DNA of 64,000 nucleotides from an uncultured Acidobacteriaceae bacterium (GCA_963813905.1 CAWFAY010000014.1:149875-213874); one strand, 5' to 3'; counted from the first letter of the stretch, positions 41,238-51,646 are shown. The notes: generated by a model not told the origin, from the sequence alone. Made by a program: numbers and translations.

Positions 41238-41636
41238 ATGAATCTCGGCATGCCAGAGATGATTTTCATCTTCTTGATGGCCCTGGTGATCTTCGGGCCC
41301 AAGAAGCTTCCCGAATTGGGACGCCAGCTGGGCAAGGCCCTCGCCGAGTTCAAGAAGGCCAGCAACGACTTCAAAAACCAGCTCGAAGTCGAAATGATGA
41401 ACATCGAACTGGAAGAGCGGGCCAAGAAGCAGGAAGTCGAGCGCGCGACCGACGAGTCCCAGAAGATTCTTCCTGCCGAGAAGCCGTATGAAACCCTGAT
41501 CGTCCCGGCGCCCGGCGCAGTTAGCCGCGACTCCTTCGAGCCGGTTCCCGACGCAGCCGAGCCCGCAACCGAAGCAGCACTTCCACCCGCCGAGACCCCT
41601 GCCAACGGCAACGCGCGGGCCGTTCCCGATGCCTAA
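41238..41636 (+). CDS. tatA: Twin-arginine translocase TatA/TatB-family subunit
   Basis: MNLGMPEMIFIFLMALVIFGPKKLPELGRQLGKALAEFKKA is the canonical TatA/E/B N-terminus. The long acidic/Pro-rich tail is more TatB-like. Confidence 0.85.
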   Translation: MNLGMPEMIFIFLMALVIFGPKKLPELGRQLGKALAEFKKASNDFKNQLEVEMMNIELEERAKKQEVERATDESQKILPAEKPYETLIVPAPGAVSRDSFEPVPDAAEPATEAALPPAETPANGNARAVPDA

Positions 41637-42433
41637 CCCCGTCTTAGAGAAAGCCCAGGAGCGCGCCTCGGAAGAAATGACGGGGATGAGCTTCCTCGAT
41701 CATCTTGAGGAGCTGCGCCGCCGCATCATCTTTAGCTTCCTCTCCATCGTCGGCGGATTCGGCGTCTGCTGGTGGTATCACGAGCAGATCTTCGGTCTGA
41801 TGCAGAAGCCCATCGTGCAGGCGCTGGCCAATCACGGCCTGGAGCAGAAGCTGGTCTACCTGAACCCGACCGACGCCTTCAACATGTATCTGAAGGTCTC
41901 GTTCCTGGCGGGAATCTTCGTCGCCTCGCCCTTCATTCTGTATCAGGTGTGGTCGTTCATCTCGCCCGGACTCTACCGCCACGAGCGGCGTTACGTGCTG
42001 CCCGTTCATGTTCAGCACCGTGGGCCTGTTTCTGGCTGGCGGCTTTTTCGGCTACAAGATGGTCTTTCCCGCGGCGCTGGATTTCCTCATCGGCTGGAGC
42101 TCGCAGTTCAAGCCGATGGTGACCATCAGCGAATATACCGACCTGTTCCTCACCATCATCGCCGGCTTGGGCATCGTCTTCGAGATGCCGATCCTCGTCT
42201 TTTTCCTGGCGCTGATGGGCGTCGTCACCGCCGGCTGGATGTGGCGCAACCTGCGCTACTCGATCCTGGTCATCTTCATCATCGCCGCCGTCATCACCCC
42301 GACCACCGACATCATGAACATGTGCATCTTCGCCGCGCCCATGATCATTCTGTACCTCGTGAGCATCGCGATTGCATGGTTCGTGCACCCGGCGCAGAGA
42401 AGGAAGAGGGCGGAGAAGAACGCGGGGGAATAG
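41629..42433 (+). pseudogene. tatC: Twin-arginine translocase subunit TatC, frame broken at a C-run (42001-42004)
   Basis: FLDHLEELRRRI...WSFISPGLYRHERRYVL in frame 1 continues as PFMFSTVGLFLAGGFFGY... in frame 2. The sequence ctgCCCgttcatg has one C too many. 8-nt overlap with tatA. Confidence 0.85.
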
Positions 42434-42554
42434 CCCTATCTTCTAAGTTGCGTTCACAAACGTGTCATCCCGAGTGGAGCGCAGCGTAGCCGAGGGACCT
42501 GCAGTTGTGCGGTACTCAGTAACACAGTGGCTGCGCGAGCCCGTAAGAAATCGC

Positions 42555-42584
42555 TTGACGACGCTCTCCTATCGAGAGCATAGT
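42555..42584 (+). promoter_or_regulatory. Putative promoter of GloVer paralog 1 (TTGACG-N18-CATAGT)
   Basis: The same -35/-10 architecture and 5'UTR (gggtcat...ccggagg) recur upstream of paralogs 2, 3 and 6, and in degraded form (gggtcac only, no ccggagg) upstream of the 51125 operon. Confidence 0.45.
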
Positions 42585-42626
42585 TCCTAGCAATCCTGGG
42601 TCATCTCCGTTCGCGCCGGAGGTTCC

Positions 42627-44648
42627 ATGCGCCGCCCCATACTGACCTTCCTTCTTTGTTTCATCCTCGCAACGGCGATTGTCTCGCCCGCACAGAGCGT
42701 AACCACGCTCCACAGCTTCAATGGCGCTGACGGAGCTGAGCCTCGTTCAGCTCTAGTGCAAGGCACGGACGGGAACTTCTACGGGACAACGACAGACCTG
42801 GGCACGGTCTTCAGAATCACCCCTGAGGGCACGCTGACCACGCTGCATATCTTCACTGGTGCTGACGGCGGTCTTCCAGTCGGGGGGCTGGTGCAAGGCA
42901 CGGACGGGAACTTCTACGGGACGACCGCAGCGGGCGGGATTTACGGCGGCGATTGTGGCTCAGAAGGCTGCGGCACCGTTTTCAAAATCACCCCCCAGGG
43001 CAAACTGACAACGCTATATATGTTCGAGGGAGCTGACGGTTTGGGTCCCTCGACATCACTCGTCCAAGGCAGCGATGGTAACTTCTATGGGACGACCGCA
43101 GTGGGCGGGATTTACCTCTCTGATTGTGGTTTAAATGGCTGCGGCACGGTTTTCAAAATCACCCCCCAGGGCACGCTGACCACGCTGCACAGCTTTTGCT
43201 CTGAACCCAACTGCTCTGACGGTTCCAGCCCTCGAGCAGCGCTGGTGCAAGCCAGCGACGGAAACTTCTATGGGACCACGTCCGCCGTCGAAGGGCAAGA
43301 GTGCTACAGTGACTGCGGTACTGTATTCAGGATCACGCCTAGTGGCGATCTGACGACGCTACACACGTTCAGCGGCTTTGACGGCACCAGCCCTCAAGCA
43401 GCGCTGGTGCAAGCCAGTGACGGCAACTTCTATGGGACAACCGTAGCAGGCGGAAGAGGCTGCCGGGCTGGTTGCGGCACGGTCTTCAAAATTACTTTCG
43501 GGGGGGTGCTGACCACACTCTACTACTTTTTTTGCGACCAACAAGACTGCTCGGACGGCGCGGCTCCCTATGCGGGGTTGGTGCAAGCCAGCGACGGGAG
43601 CTTCTACGGAACCGCCACATTTGGGGGGATTAACGTCGATGGTGATGGGACGGTCTTCCGAATCACACCCGGAGGTGTCCTGACCACGCTCTATAAGTTT
43701 TGCGCAGAATACCTGTGCATGGATGGGGGTGTTCCTTATGCGGGGTTGGTGCAAGCCGGCGACGGAAAGTTTTACGGGACTACCTCGGCGGGCGGTAGTT
43801 ACGGCCACAGTTGCGTGCCTGAGTCCTGCGGCACGGTGTTCGTTCTTGATTTGAACCTGGACAGCTTATCCGTGACAATATGCTGCGGCAGCGGCAGCAT
43901 CACGAGCGGCGACGGCTACATCAACTGTGGGGCGGTTTGCTCTCACAGCTATCAGCCTGGAGCTTACGTAACACTAACCGCGACCCCGGCGCAAGGCTGG
44001 GCTTTTTACAGTTGGACCGGCTGCGACAGAATGGATGGCAACTCCTGCGAGTTGACGATGAATCAAGCTCGTATTGCGGCGGCGGCCTTTGCCCCCGCGT
44101 ATCTGCTTTCCGTGTCCAAGGCAGGAAGCGGCTTAGCAATCAGCGGCGACGGGCATATTTATTGTGGCTCGGTGTGCTCCTATTACTATCTCATTGGAAC
44201 ACAGATCGGTCTGACGGCGATTCCCGGCCCTGGCTACACACTTAGCATGTGGACTGGCTGCAACAACGTCAATGGCAATCTCTGCCTGGTCACGATGGCT
44301 GGCGCCAAGAACGTTACAGCCACCTTCACCGCCGCCCAAATCACACTAACTTCGCTGACGTTCATGCCTTCTTATGTAAAGGGGGGCCAGCTGTCGGCTG
44401 GCACGCTTACCCTTTCCGCGCCAGCGCCGCCTGGAGGGCTGGGCGTGGCCCTCAGCAGTGATCATCCCAACGTCGCACATCCGCCGTCATTAGTCCTGGT
44501 TCCCGGGGGCAAGAGTTCCATCGTCTTCGGCGTGAATACATTTCCGGTGAAGACCAACACGACGGTGACGATCACGGCCACAGCGGGCAACTCCCAAGTC
44601 AGCGGGACGTTGACGGTGGGCACGTCGTTTTCGCAATCCGTGAGATGA
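42627..44648 (+). CDS. Secreted GloVer (Gloeo_Verruco-type) repeat protein, paralog 1: 7 repeats, two InlB-B-repeat-like Cys modules, C-terminal Ig-like domain
   Basis: Signal peptide MRRPILTFLLCFILATAIVSPAQS. Seven units of ...P...LVQ..DGNFYGTT..GG....GTVF.ITP.G.LTTL..F. Two SGDG.I.CG..CS..Y...WTGC...G..C modules. Conserved tail ITLTSLTF.PSYVKGG.LSAGTLTLSAPAPPGGLGVALSSDHP... Confidence 0.85.
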   Translation: MRRPILTFLLCFILATAIVSPAQSVTTLHSFNGADGAEPRSALVQGTDGNFYGTTTDLGTVFRITPEGTLTTLHIFTGADGGLPVGGLVQGTDGNFYGTTAAGGIYGGDCGSEGCGTVFKITPQGKLTTLYMFEGADGLGPSTSLVQGSDGNFYGTTAVGGIYLSDCGLNGCGTVFKITPQGTLTTLHSFCSEPNCSDGSSPRAALVQASDGNFYGTTSAVEGQECYSDCGTVFRITPSGDLTTLHTFSGFDGTSPQAALVQASDGNFYGTTVAGGRGCRAGCGTVFKITFGGVLTTLYYFFCDQQDCSDGAAPYAGLVQASDGSFYGTATFGGINVDGDGTVFRITPGGVLTTLYKFCAEYLCMDGGVPYAGLVQAGDGKFYGTTSAGGSYGHSCVPESCGTVFVLDLNLDSLSVTICCGSGSITSGDGYINCGAVCSHSYQPGAYVTLTATPAQGWAFYSWTGCDRMDGNSCELTMNQARIAAAAFAPAYLLSVSKAGSGLAISGDGHIYCGSVCSYYYLIGTQIGLTAIPGPGYTLSMWTGCNNVNGNLCLVTMAGAKNVTATFTAAQITLTSLTFMPSYVKGGQLSAGTLTLSAPAPPGGLGVALSSDHPNVAHPPSLVLVPGGKSSIVFGVNTFPVKTNTTVTITATAGNSQVSGTLTVGTSFSQSVR

Positions 44649-44659
44649 TCGCGATGCTC

Positions 44660-44745
44660 ACTTCTCTACCATGAGCATCGCCATCGCTTGGTTCGTGCCC
44701 CCGGCACAGAGAAGGGAGCGGGCGGCGAAGAACGCGGCGGAATAG
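44660..44745 (+). other. Relic of the tatC 3' end (duplication scar 1)
   Basis: Translates MSIAIAWFVPPAQRRERAAKNAAE*. The genuine TatC C-terminus is VSIAIAWFVHPAQRRKRAEKNAGE* (42344-42433). Confidence 0.85.
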
Positions 44746-44783
44746 CGAGCTACAGCTTCTGAGCCGCTGGCTGCGAAAACTAC

Positions 44784-44812
44784 TTGACACTCTTATGGAT
44801 GTGGGTCATAGT
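44784..44812 (+). promoter_or_regulatory. Putative promoter of paralog 2 (TTGACA-N17-CATAGT)
   Basis: Conserved cassette; see 42555. Confidence 0.45.
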
Positions 44813-44855
44813 TCGGCACCGTCCGCTAGTCATATCCGTTCGGGCCGGAGGTCTC

Positions 44856-46598
44856 ATGCGTCGCGTCGTTCTCGTTCTCGCCTTCTGCACCGCTATGGCT
44901 ATGGCGATTGTCTCGCCTGCACAGACCTTCACCACTCTGTACAACTTCGCGGGATATCCTGAGGGTGATGGCGCTGCTCCGTATGCTGGGCTGATACAAG
45001 CCACCGACGGTAACCTCTACGGGACAACCCTTAATGGCGGGGACTACAACAGTGGCACGGTTTTCAGAATCACGCCCCAGGGAACGCTAACGACGCTGTA
45101 CAGCTTCTGCTCTCAACCCAACTGTACTGACGGCGGCGAGCCGTACGCCGGACTGGTGCAAGCCACTGACGGGAACTTTTACGGAACTACCAGCCTCGCC
45201 GGCGCCGACGGCTATGGCACGGTCTTCAAAATCACCCCAAGCGGCTTGCTGACCACGCTGCACAGTTTCACGGGATATCCGACTGACGGCGCCGAGCCAT
45301 TGGCCGGGCTGCTGCAAGCCAGCGACGGAAGCTTCTACGGGACAACTGTCGATGGCGGGGGGAACAACAATTGTATGAATAATCCTAGTGGCTGTGGCAC
45401 GGTTTTCAAAATTACTCCAGGGGGTACGCTCACTACGCTATACAGCTTCTGTGCTCAATCTGGTTGCCCTGACGGCTCCGGCCCTCACGCCGGACTGATC
45501 CAAGCTACCGACGGCAACTTCTACGGGACAACCTCTGATGGCGGTGCTAACAACGGTGGCACGGTCTTCAAAATCACGCCAAGCGGCACGCTCACCACGC
45601 TGTATAGTTTCTGTGCTGGAGGATTTTTCTGCCCTGACGGCGCTGACCCTCATGCCGGAGTGGTGCAAGCCACCGATGGCAACTTCTACGGGACAACCTA
45701 TTTTGGCGGGGCCCCCTTCACCGGCACGGTCTTCAAAATCACCCCGCAGGGCGTACTGACCACGCTGCACAGCTTTGAGGGCACTGACGGCGCTAACCCT
45801 TATGCCGGACTGGTGCAAGCCACCGATGGAAACTTCTACGGAACAACCTACGGGCTCTACGGTGCTAGTACGGTCTTCAAAATCACCCCGCAGGGCGCAC
45901 TGACCACGCTGCACACCTTCGACTACACTGATGGCCGATACCCTGCCGGCGGGCTGGTGCAAGCCACCGACGGGACCTTCTACGGGACGACCAGCAACGG
46001 CGGGGCCAACGGCGCCGGCACGGTCTTCCGCCTAGACGCGGGACTTGCTGTACTCCTGTCCGTTACGAAGGTTGGCAGCGGCACCATCACCAGCGGCGAC
46101 GGCCACATCTACTGCGGCTCCGTCTGCTCATACACATATAACGGAGGGGCGCAGGTTGGACTAACGCCCATTCCTGCTCCCGGCTACACGTTCAGCGGAT
46201 GGAGCGGATGCGACAACGTGCAGGGCTATGTGTGTGTGGTGACGATGTCGAGTGCCCGAACCGTTACCGCCACTTTCGATGTCGTCCAAATCTCACTCAC
46301 TTCGCTGACCTTCAATCCGTCGTATATAAAGGGGGGCCGACTATCGGTTGCGACCCTTACCCTCAGTGGGCCGGCTCCCTCGGGAGGATTGGGTGTGGCC
46401 CTCAGCAGTGATCATCCCAACGTCGCACATCCGCCGTCATTAGTCCTGGTTCCCGGGGGCAAGAGCTCCATCATCTTCGGTGTGAACACGTTCCCGGTGA
46501 AGAGCAACACGACGGTGACGATCACCGCCACGGCGGGCGCCTCGCAGGTTAGCGGAACGTTGACCGTGGGCACGGGGTATTCGCAATCGGCAAAATAA
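44856..46598 (+). CDS. Secreted GloVer-repeat protein, paralog 2 (7 repeats, one InlB-B-like module, Ig-like tail)
   Basis: Start at MRRVVLVLAFCTAMAMAIVSPAQT, after GGAGG. Seven ..YGTT units. The tail is identical over 71 nt to paralog 1 (46395-46465 = 44445-44515). Confidence 0.85.
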   Translation: MRRVVLVLAFCTAMAMAIVSPAQTFTTLYNFAGYPEGDGAAPYAGLIQATDGNLYGTTLNGGDYNSGTVFRITPQGTLTTLYSFCSQPNCTDGGEPYAGLVQATDGNFYGTTSLAGADGYGTVFKITPSGLLTTLHSFTGYPTDGAEPLAGLLQASDGSFYGTTVDGGGNNNCMNNPSGCGTVFKITPGGTLTTLYSFCAQSGCPDGSGPHAGLIQATDGNFYGTTSDGGANNGGTVFKITPSGTLTTLYSFCAGGFFCPDGADPHAGVVQATDGNFYGTTYFGGAPFTGTVFKITPQGVLTTLHSFEGTDGANPYAGLVQATDGNFYGTTYGLYGASTVFKITPQGALTTLHTFDYTDGRYPAGGLVQATDGTFYGTTSNGGANGAGTVFRLDAGLAVLLSVTKVGSGTITSGDGHIYCGSVCSYTYNGGAQVGLTPIPAPGYTFSGWSGCDNVQGYVCVVTMSSARTVTATFDVVQISLTSLTFNPSYIKGGRLSVATLTLSGPAPSGGLGVALSSDHPNVAHPPSLVLVPGGKSSIIFGVNTFPVKSNTTVTITATAGASQVSGTLTVGTGYSQSAK

Positions 46599-46617
46599 CC
46601 CGTGGCTCATCCGCTCC

Positions 46618-46710
46618 GATGATCATTAGTGGTGGCTAGCAATTGCCAGCGCCTGGTTCGTCCCCCCGGCCCAGAGAAGGAAGCGCGCGGAGAAGGCGGC
46701 CATAGAGTAA
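46618..46710 (+). other. Relic of the tatC 3' end (duplication scar 2)
   Basis: gatcatt...AIASAWFVPPAQRRKRAEKAAIE* parallels the TatC C-terminus. Confidence 0.8.
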
Positions 46711-46768
46711 CCTAGGAACGCCAGCGAGGCTCCGAGAGATGAGCCGAGCCGCCTCACAGGGGAAGGCC

Positions 46769-46797
46769 TTGACGGGACTCGGCGAGTCGGCAATAGT
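46769..46797 (+). promoter_or_regulatory. Putative promoter of paralog 3 (TTGACG-N17-AATAGT)
   Basis: Conserved cassette; see 42555. Confidence 0.45.
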
Positions 46798-46839
46798 TCG
46801 AAGCGTCCTTGGGTCATTCTTGTTCGGGCCGGGGGTCTA

Positions 46840-48834
46840 ATGCGTCGTGCCGTTCTCGTTCTCGCCTTCTGCGTCGTTATCGCGATTGCCTCGCCTGCGC
46901 AAACTCTCACTACCCTTGTAGATTTTGAAGTCCAAAACGGCACTAATCCCGATTCGAATCTCATCGAGGGCACCGACGGAAACTTCTACGGAACAACTTT
47001 CGCCGGCGGGGACGACGGTTCTGGCACGGTCTTCAACATAACCCCCGAAGGCACGCTGACCATACTTCACAGCTTCGATTTTACCGACGGCGCCTACCCT
47101 ACCGCCGGGCTGGTGCAAGCCACTGACGGAAACTTCTACGGGACAGCCCAATATGGCGGGGACAACATCGCTGGCACATTCTTCAAAATCACTCCGGGAG
47201 GCGCATTTACCACCCTGCATAGCTTCGACTACATGGAGGGCGCTTTCCCTTATGCCGGGGTGGCGCAGGCTACTGACGGGAACTTCTACGGAACAACCTT
47301 GCTTGGCGGGGCCGATAATAATGGGACAGTCTTTAACATCACTCCCCAGGGCATTTTGACCAACCTTCATAGCTTCAGCTTCAACGGGACGGACGGCAAC
47401 CATCCTTATGCGGCCCTGGTGCAGGCCACCGATGGGGACTTTTATGGGACCACATTCTATGGCGGCGTGAATAACGATGGCACAATCTTCAAAATCACTC
47501 CCGAGGGCATACTGACCATACTTCACAGCTTCAACGGGACGGACGGCGCTAATCCTTATGCCGGGCTGGTGCAAGCCGCCGACGGGAACTTCTATGGGAC
47601 AACAGAGGATGGCGGCGCGAATAACAATGGCACGGTCTTCAAGATCACTCCCGAGGGCACGCTGACCACCCTGCACAGCTTCGAAGGAACGGACGGCTCT
47701 CACCCTCAAGCCGGGCTGGTGCAGGCCACCGACGGGAACTTCTACGGAACAACCGAAAATGGTGGGGCCCACCTCGACGCTGGCACGATCTTCAGAATCA
47801 CTCCCGAGGGTACGCTGACCACGCTGTACAGCTTTTGCTCTCAGATGGGCTGCGCTGACGGCCGTGCTCCTAACGCAGTCGTGCAAGCGACCGACGCGAA
47901 ATTCTACGGGACAACCTTTGGAGGCGGGCTAGCCGATTGGGGCACGGCATTCCGCCTGGATGCAGGGCTCGGTGCGCTTCTATCCGTAGGCAAGATAGGA
48001 ACCGGCACCATCATCAGCGGTGATGGCCATATCTACTGCGGCAGTACGTGCTCATATACATACCTAAGTGGTACCCAGGTCGGGCTGACCGCCCTTCCTG
48101 CTCCCGGCTACACCTTCAGCAGTTGGACCGGCTGCGACGACGTGCAGGGCGATATATGTGTGGTGAAGATGTCGAGTGCCCGAAACGTTACTGCCACCTT
48201 CGATGTCGCCCAAATCACCCTCACTTCGCTGACCTTCAATCCGTCGTATGTAAAAGGTGGCCGGCTATCGGCTGCCACCCTCACGCTCAGTGCACCGGCT
48301 CCCTCGGGAGGACTGGGTGTGGCCCTCAGCAGTGACCATCCCAGCGTCGCGCATCCGCCATCGTTCGTCATCGTTCCCGGAGGCAAGACTTCGATCGTCT
48401 TCGGCGTGAATACCTTCCCGGTGAAGGTCAACACGACGGTGATGATCACGGCCACAGCGGGCGCCTCGCAGGTCAGTGGAACGTTGACCGTGGGCACTGT
48501 AGCGGCAGAGCATGGCGTCATTCTAACTTGGACTCCATCGACGGGGGACGGAGTTACCACGCAGCAAATATTCCGAGGGCTGGCATCGGGATTGGAAGAC
48601 TACGAGCATCCTTTAGTGGAAATTCAAGACAACATCACGAGCTCCTACTTGGACGCGACAGCGCAGCCAGGAACGACGTACTACTACACGATGAAAGCCT
48701 GTAACGCTGCCGGATGTAGTATCGCTTCGAATGAGGCCAGCAATATGGGCACAAGCGGCAACTTTAAAGCCAATCGGTGCGCGTGTGATTTGAGCAGAAG
48801 CTCAAAGAATACGAGGCCGCAAGCAGGAGACTAG
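46840..48834 (+). CDS. Secreted GloVer-repeat protein, paralog 3, with an extra C-terminal fibronectin-III-like domain
   Basis: Same architecture as the other paralogs. After ...SGTLTVGT it continues VAAEHGVILTWTPSTGDGVTTQQIFRG...TSSYLDATAQPGTTYYYTMKACNAAGCSIASNEAS (FN3-like) instead of GYSQSAK*. Confidence 0.85.
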   Translation: MRRAVLVLAFCVVIAIASPAQTLTTLVDFEVQNGTNPDSNLIEGTDGNFYGTTFAGGDDGSGTVFNITPEGTLTILHSFDFTDGAYPTAGLVQATDGNFYGTAQYGGDNIAGTFFKITPGGAFTTLHSFDYMEGAFPYAGVAQATDGNFYGTTLLGGADNNGTVFNITPQGILTNLHSFSFNGTDGNHPYAALVQATDGDFYGTTFYGGVNNDGTIFKITPEGILTILHSFNGTDGANPYAGLVQAADGNFYGTTEDGGANNNGTVFKITPEGTLTTLHSFEGTDGSHPQAGLVQATDGNFYGTTENGGAHLDAGTIFRITPEGTLTTLYSFCSQMGCADGRAPNAVVQATDAKFYGTTFGGGLADWGTAFRLDAGLGALLSVGKIGTGTIISGDGHIYCGSTCSYTYLSGTQVGLTALPAPGYTFSSWTGCDDVQGDICVVKMSSARNVTATFDVAQITLTSLTFNPSYVKGGRLSAATLTLSAPAPSGGLGVALSSDHPSVAHPPSFVIVPGGKTSIVFGVNTFPVKVNTTVMITATAGASQVSGTLTVGTVAAEHGVILTWTPSTGDGVTTQQIFRGLASGLEDYEHPLVEIQDNITSSYLDATAQPGTTYYYTMKACNAAGCSIASNEASNMGTSGNFKANRCACDLSRSSKNTRPQAGD

Positions 48835-49114
48835 CCGAATCGAAAGCATTGTTTGTTCTCTGTCGCGAACTTCCCATCCGGACCCTACATCCCCGGCTGC
48901 CCAAACAAGTGGTAGTTGGTGTTCAGCGTTGTCACAACCACCTCGTTGGCCGCAACGTCCAACCCCGCCTTCCCTGCGGTCATTGATTGACCTATCCGAC
49001 GAATCAGCGCAAACTAGCGTCAGCACTGGCCGTCCCCGACATCCTCCCAGTTGTCGGTGGATGAATAGTCTCCCAGATATGCAGTCTCCCTTGCTTGGAC
49101 CAGGCAGAGGTATC

Positions 49115-50794
49115 ATGCGCCACACGCTTATCCTGTTTTGCGTCTGCGCGGCGCTCGCGATCGCCGCCCCCTCACAGGATCTGACCACGTTAGTGAGTTT
49201 CAATGGCGACAACGGCGCCTATCCCGTTGGGACTCTTGTGCAGGGCACTGACGGCAACCTTTACGGAACTACCAAGAGTGGCGGGACCGCCAACAGCGGC
49301 GGTACGGTCTTCCAAGTCACGCCGAATGGCACGCTGACCATCCTCCACAGCTTCGGCAGCCAACAAGATGGCGCTGAGCCTCTTGCAGGCCTGGTGCAAG
49401 CTGCCGACGGGAACTTCTATGGAACAACCCTCTATGGGGGAACCGGCGGCTACGGAACAGTATTCAAAGTGACTTCCGACGGCAGCTTGAGCACGTTGCA
49501 CAGCTTCGCAGTGGCCGACGGCTACCAGCCCTATGCCAGGCTGATACAGGGTGCAGATGGGAACTTCTACGGGACAACCGTCTACGGAGGCTCCAGCAAT
49601 TCCGGCACTGCCTTCCAAATTACTCCAGGGGGAACGCTCGCTACCCTGCATGGCTTCCGCAATCTGGGCGAAGGCCGCAAGCCTTACGCAGGGCTGGTGC
49701 AAGCTACCGACGGAAACTTCTACGGCACAACTCGCGAGGGCGGGAGCGCGGGCTATGGCACGGTCTTCAAAATCACTCCCCAGGGGACGCTCACCACCCT
49801 GCACAACTTCGATTACGCGGACGGCGCCTACCCTTACGCGGAGCTGATACAAGCCACCGACGGAAACTTCTACGGTGTCACCTACTATGGCGGAGCCAAC
49901 GACCAAGGCACAGTCTTCAGGATTACTCCCGATGGTACGCTGACTGTCTTGCACAACTTCATCTGTACGGATGGCTTGTTCGCCAATGGGTTAATACAGG
50001 CTGCGGATGGGAACCTCTATGGGACAACTATGTTTGGTGGCAATACCCAGGACTGTTTGGCCGGGTGTGGGACCATCTTCCGAATCAGTCCACAGGGAGG
50101 CGAGCTGACAACCCTGTACAGCTTCAGCGGTAGCGACGGCGCCGCCCCATCGGGTTTAGTCGAAGTCACCGATGGCGAGTTCTACGGGACCACCGGCAGT
50201 GGCGGGGCCTTTAATGATGGCACCGTCTTCCGCCTGGTCGCTGGTGCTGTTCTGTCCGTGATGAAGTCGGGCCTGGGCACCGTCACCAGCGGAGATGGGT
50301 ACATCCACTGCGGCAATACATGCGCGTATACCTACCTGGGTGGATCCCAGGTAGGGCTGACGGCCCTCCCAGCTCCCGGCTACACGTTCAGCAGTTGGAC
50401 CGGCTGCGACAACGTGCAAGGCGATATATGTGTGGTGAAGATGTCGAGCGCCCGAAATGTTACCGCCGCCTTCGATGTCGCCCAAATCACACTGACTTCG
50501 CTGACGTTCAATCCGTCGTATGTAAAAGGTGGCCGACTATCGGCTGGCACGCTCACTCTCAGCGCGCCGGCTCCCCCCGGAGGACTGGGCGTGGCTCTCA
50601 GCAGTGATCACCCCAGCGTCGCACATCCGCCGTCATTAGTCCTGGTTCCCGGCGGCAAGAGCTCTATCGTCTTCGGTGTGAATACCTTCCCGGTTAAAAC
50701 CAACACGACGGTGACGATCACGGCCACGGCGGGCGCCTCGCAGGTCAGCGGAACGTTAACCGTGGGTACGGGGTATTCGCAATCGGCGAAATAA
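49115..50794 (+). CDS. Secreted GloVer-repeat protein, paralog 4
   Basis: Start at MRHTLILFCVCAALAIAAPSQD. Seven ..YG(T/V)T units, an InlB-B-like module, and the conserved tail ending GYSQSAK*. Confidence 0.85.
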   Translation: MRHTLILFCVCAALAIAAPSQDLTTLVSFNGDNGAYPVGTLVQGTDGNLYGTTKSGGTANSGGTVFQVTPNGTLTILHSFGSQQDGAEPLAGLVQAADGNFYGTTLYGGTGGYGTVFKVTSDGSLSTLHSFAVADGYQPYARLIQGADGNFYGTTVYGGSSNSGTAFQITPGGTLATLHGFRNLGEGRKPYAGLVQATDGNFYGTTREGGSAGYGTVFKITPQGTLTTLHNFDYADGAYPYAELIQATDGNFYGVTYYGGANDQGTVFRITPDGTLTVLHNFICTDGLFANGLIQAADGNLYGTTMFGGNTQDCLAGCGTIFRISPQGGELTTLYSFSGSDGAAPSGLVEVTDGEFYGTTGSGGAFNDGTVFRLVAGAVLSVMKSGLGTVTSGDGYIHCGNTCAYTYLGGSQVGLTALPAPGYTFSSWTGCDNVQGDICVVKMSSARNVTAAFDVAQITLTSLTFNPSYVKGGRLSAGTLTLSAPAPPGGLGVALSSDHPSVAHPPSLVLVPGGKSSIVFGVNTFPVKTNTTVTITATAGASQVSGTLTVGTGYSQSAK

Positions 50795-50910
50795 CAGAGG
50801 CTCGTCCGCGAATCTAACTCAAGATCGTCGGGTGCCCCATCCAAGCCATCGTTTGGCTTGGGCGGGAGTTCTGCAAACCGTCACTCGGAGGGCGCGGTCC
50901 CGAAAATTCC

Positions 50911-50939
50911 TTGACAGAGTTTCTCCGCTAAGACGTAGT
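50911..50939 (+). promoter_or_regulatory. Putative promoter (TTGACA-N17-CGTAGT) of the 51125-54602 operon
   Basis: Same -35/-10 architecture, followed by gggtcac rather than the fuller gggtcat...ccggagg 5'UTR seen upstream of the GloVer genes. Confidence 0.4.
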
Positions 50940-51124
50940 AGGGGCACTCTGGGTCACATTTTGGAGCTACCTTGGCGTCCTAACTCTTTCTTGTGGGTGT
51001 TGTCCTGAGCCCAGCAGCAATTCCGTTGATCCGTTATCCGCTTAGCCGCGCGCGTCGCGAATCGCGTCTGGGAGAGCTTGCGGCGCTCTCTTCCCCTCGG
51101 CAGACCAGAAAGAGCAGGAGACTC

Positions 51125-51646
51125 ATGAAATTCGTCCAGCTACTGATCGTCGCAGCCGTATTGGTGCTGGCTGGATTTGACAGCTGCGGCGGAATGCCCA
51201 CGCCCGGTACAAACAACAACAGCTACGATTTCGGCCAGCGTCTTGGCGCTGTTGTCTCCATGCAGCCTGGGCCGCCGTCGTACACGTTCCCTTCGTGGTC
51301 AGGTGACAGCCCCGGCATCCGCATTGATCAGGTACAACAGTTTTCGTCAACTGCGCACCCAACCGGAACCGACATTAATCAAGTCACTACACAGGTGGTT
51401 TTTGGCCAAGTCACGGGTCCGATTGGCGACAAGGTGGTTGTTGTCTATAGCTACACCAACAATTACTACGTCCAGCCCTTAACCAGTACCACGATCAACA
51501 TCGCCGGCGACTTAACCTGGACAGCACCAGCCAATCCCGGCAATATCACGGAGCTGTTGGTAAAGCAGGGTTACTCATTGCCTGACACGACTTCTAGTTT
51601 ACCAGCCATCGATAGTGTGAATGTATTTGCGATGGCGGGTCAGTGA
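51125..51646 (+). CDS. Small secreted/lipoprotein-like hypothetical protein
   Basis: AGGAG precedes the ATG. MKFVQLLIVAAVLVLAGFDSCGG is a signal peptide with Cys. Shares a Y..TN.YYVQP motif region with the N-terminus of the next protein. Confidence 0.6.
   Translation: MKFVQLLIVAAVLVLAGFDSCGGMPTPGTNNNSYDFGQRLGAVVSMQPGPPSYTFPSWSGDSPGIRIDQVQQFSSTAHPTGTDINQVTTQVVFGQVTGPIGDKVVVVYSYTNNYYVQPLTSTTINIAGDLTWTAPANPGNITELLVKQGYSLPDTTSSLPAIDSVNVFAMAGQ

Noticed and set aside
46837-47886. Long antisense ORFs across the GloVer genes, e.g. 46837-47886 (349 aa), 49190-49954, 45438-45962, 55517-56197 and 53064-53735 on the minus strand.
   Set aside because: They are Arg/Gly/Ala-rich shadows of high-GC repetitive coding sequence. 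They have no start context and no family resemblance, whereas the plus-strand products are clearly real.
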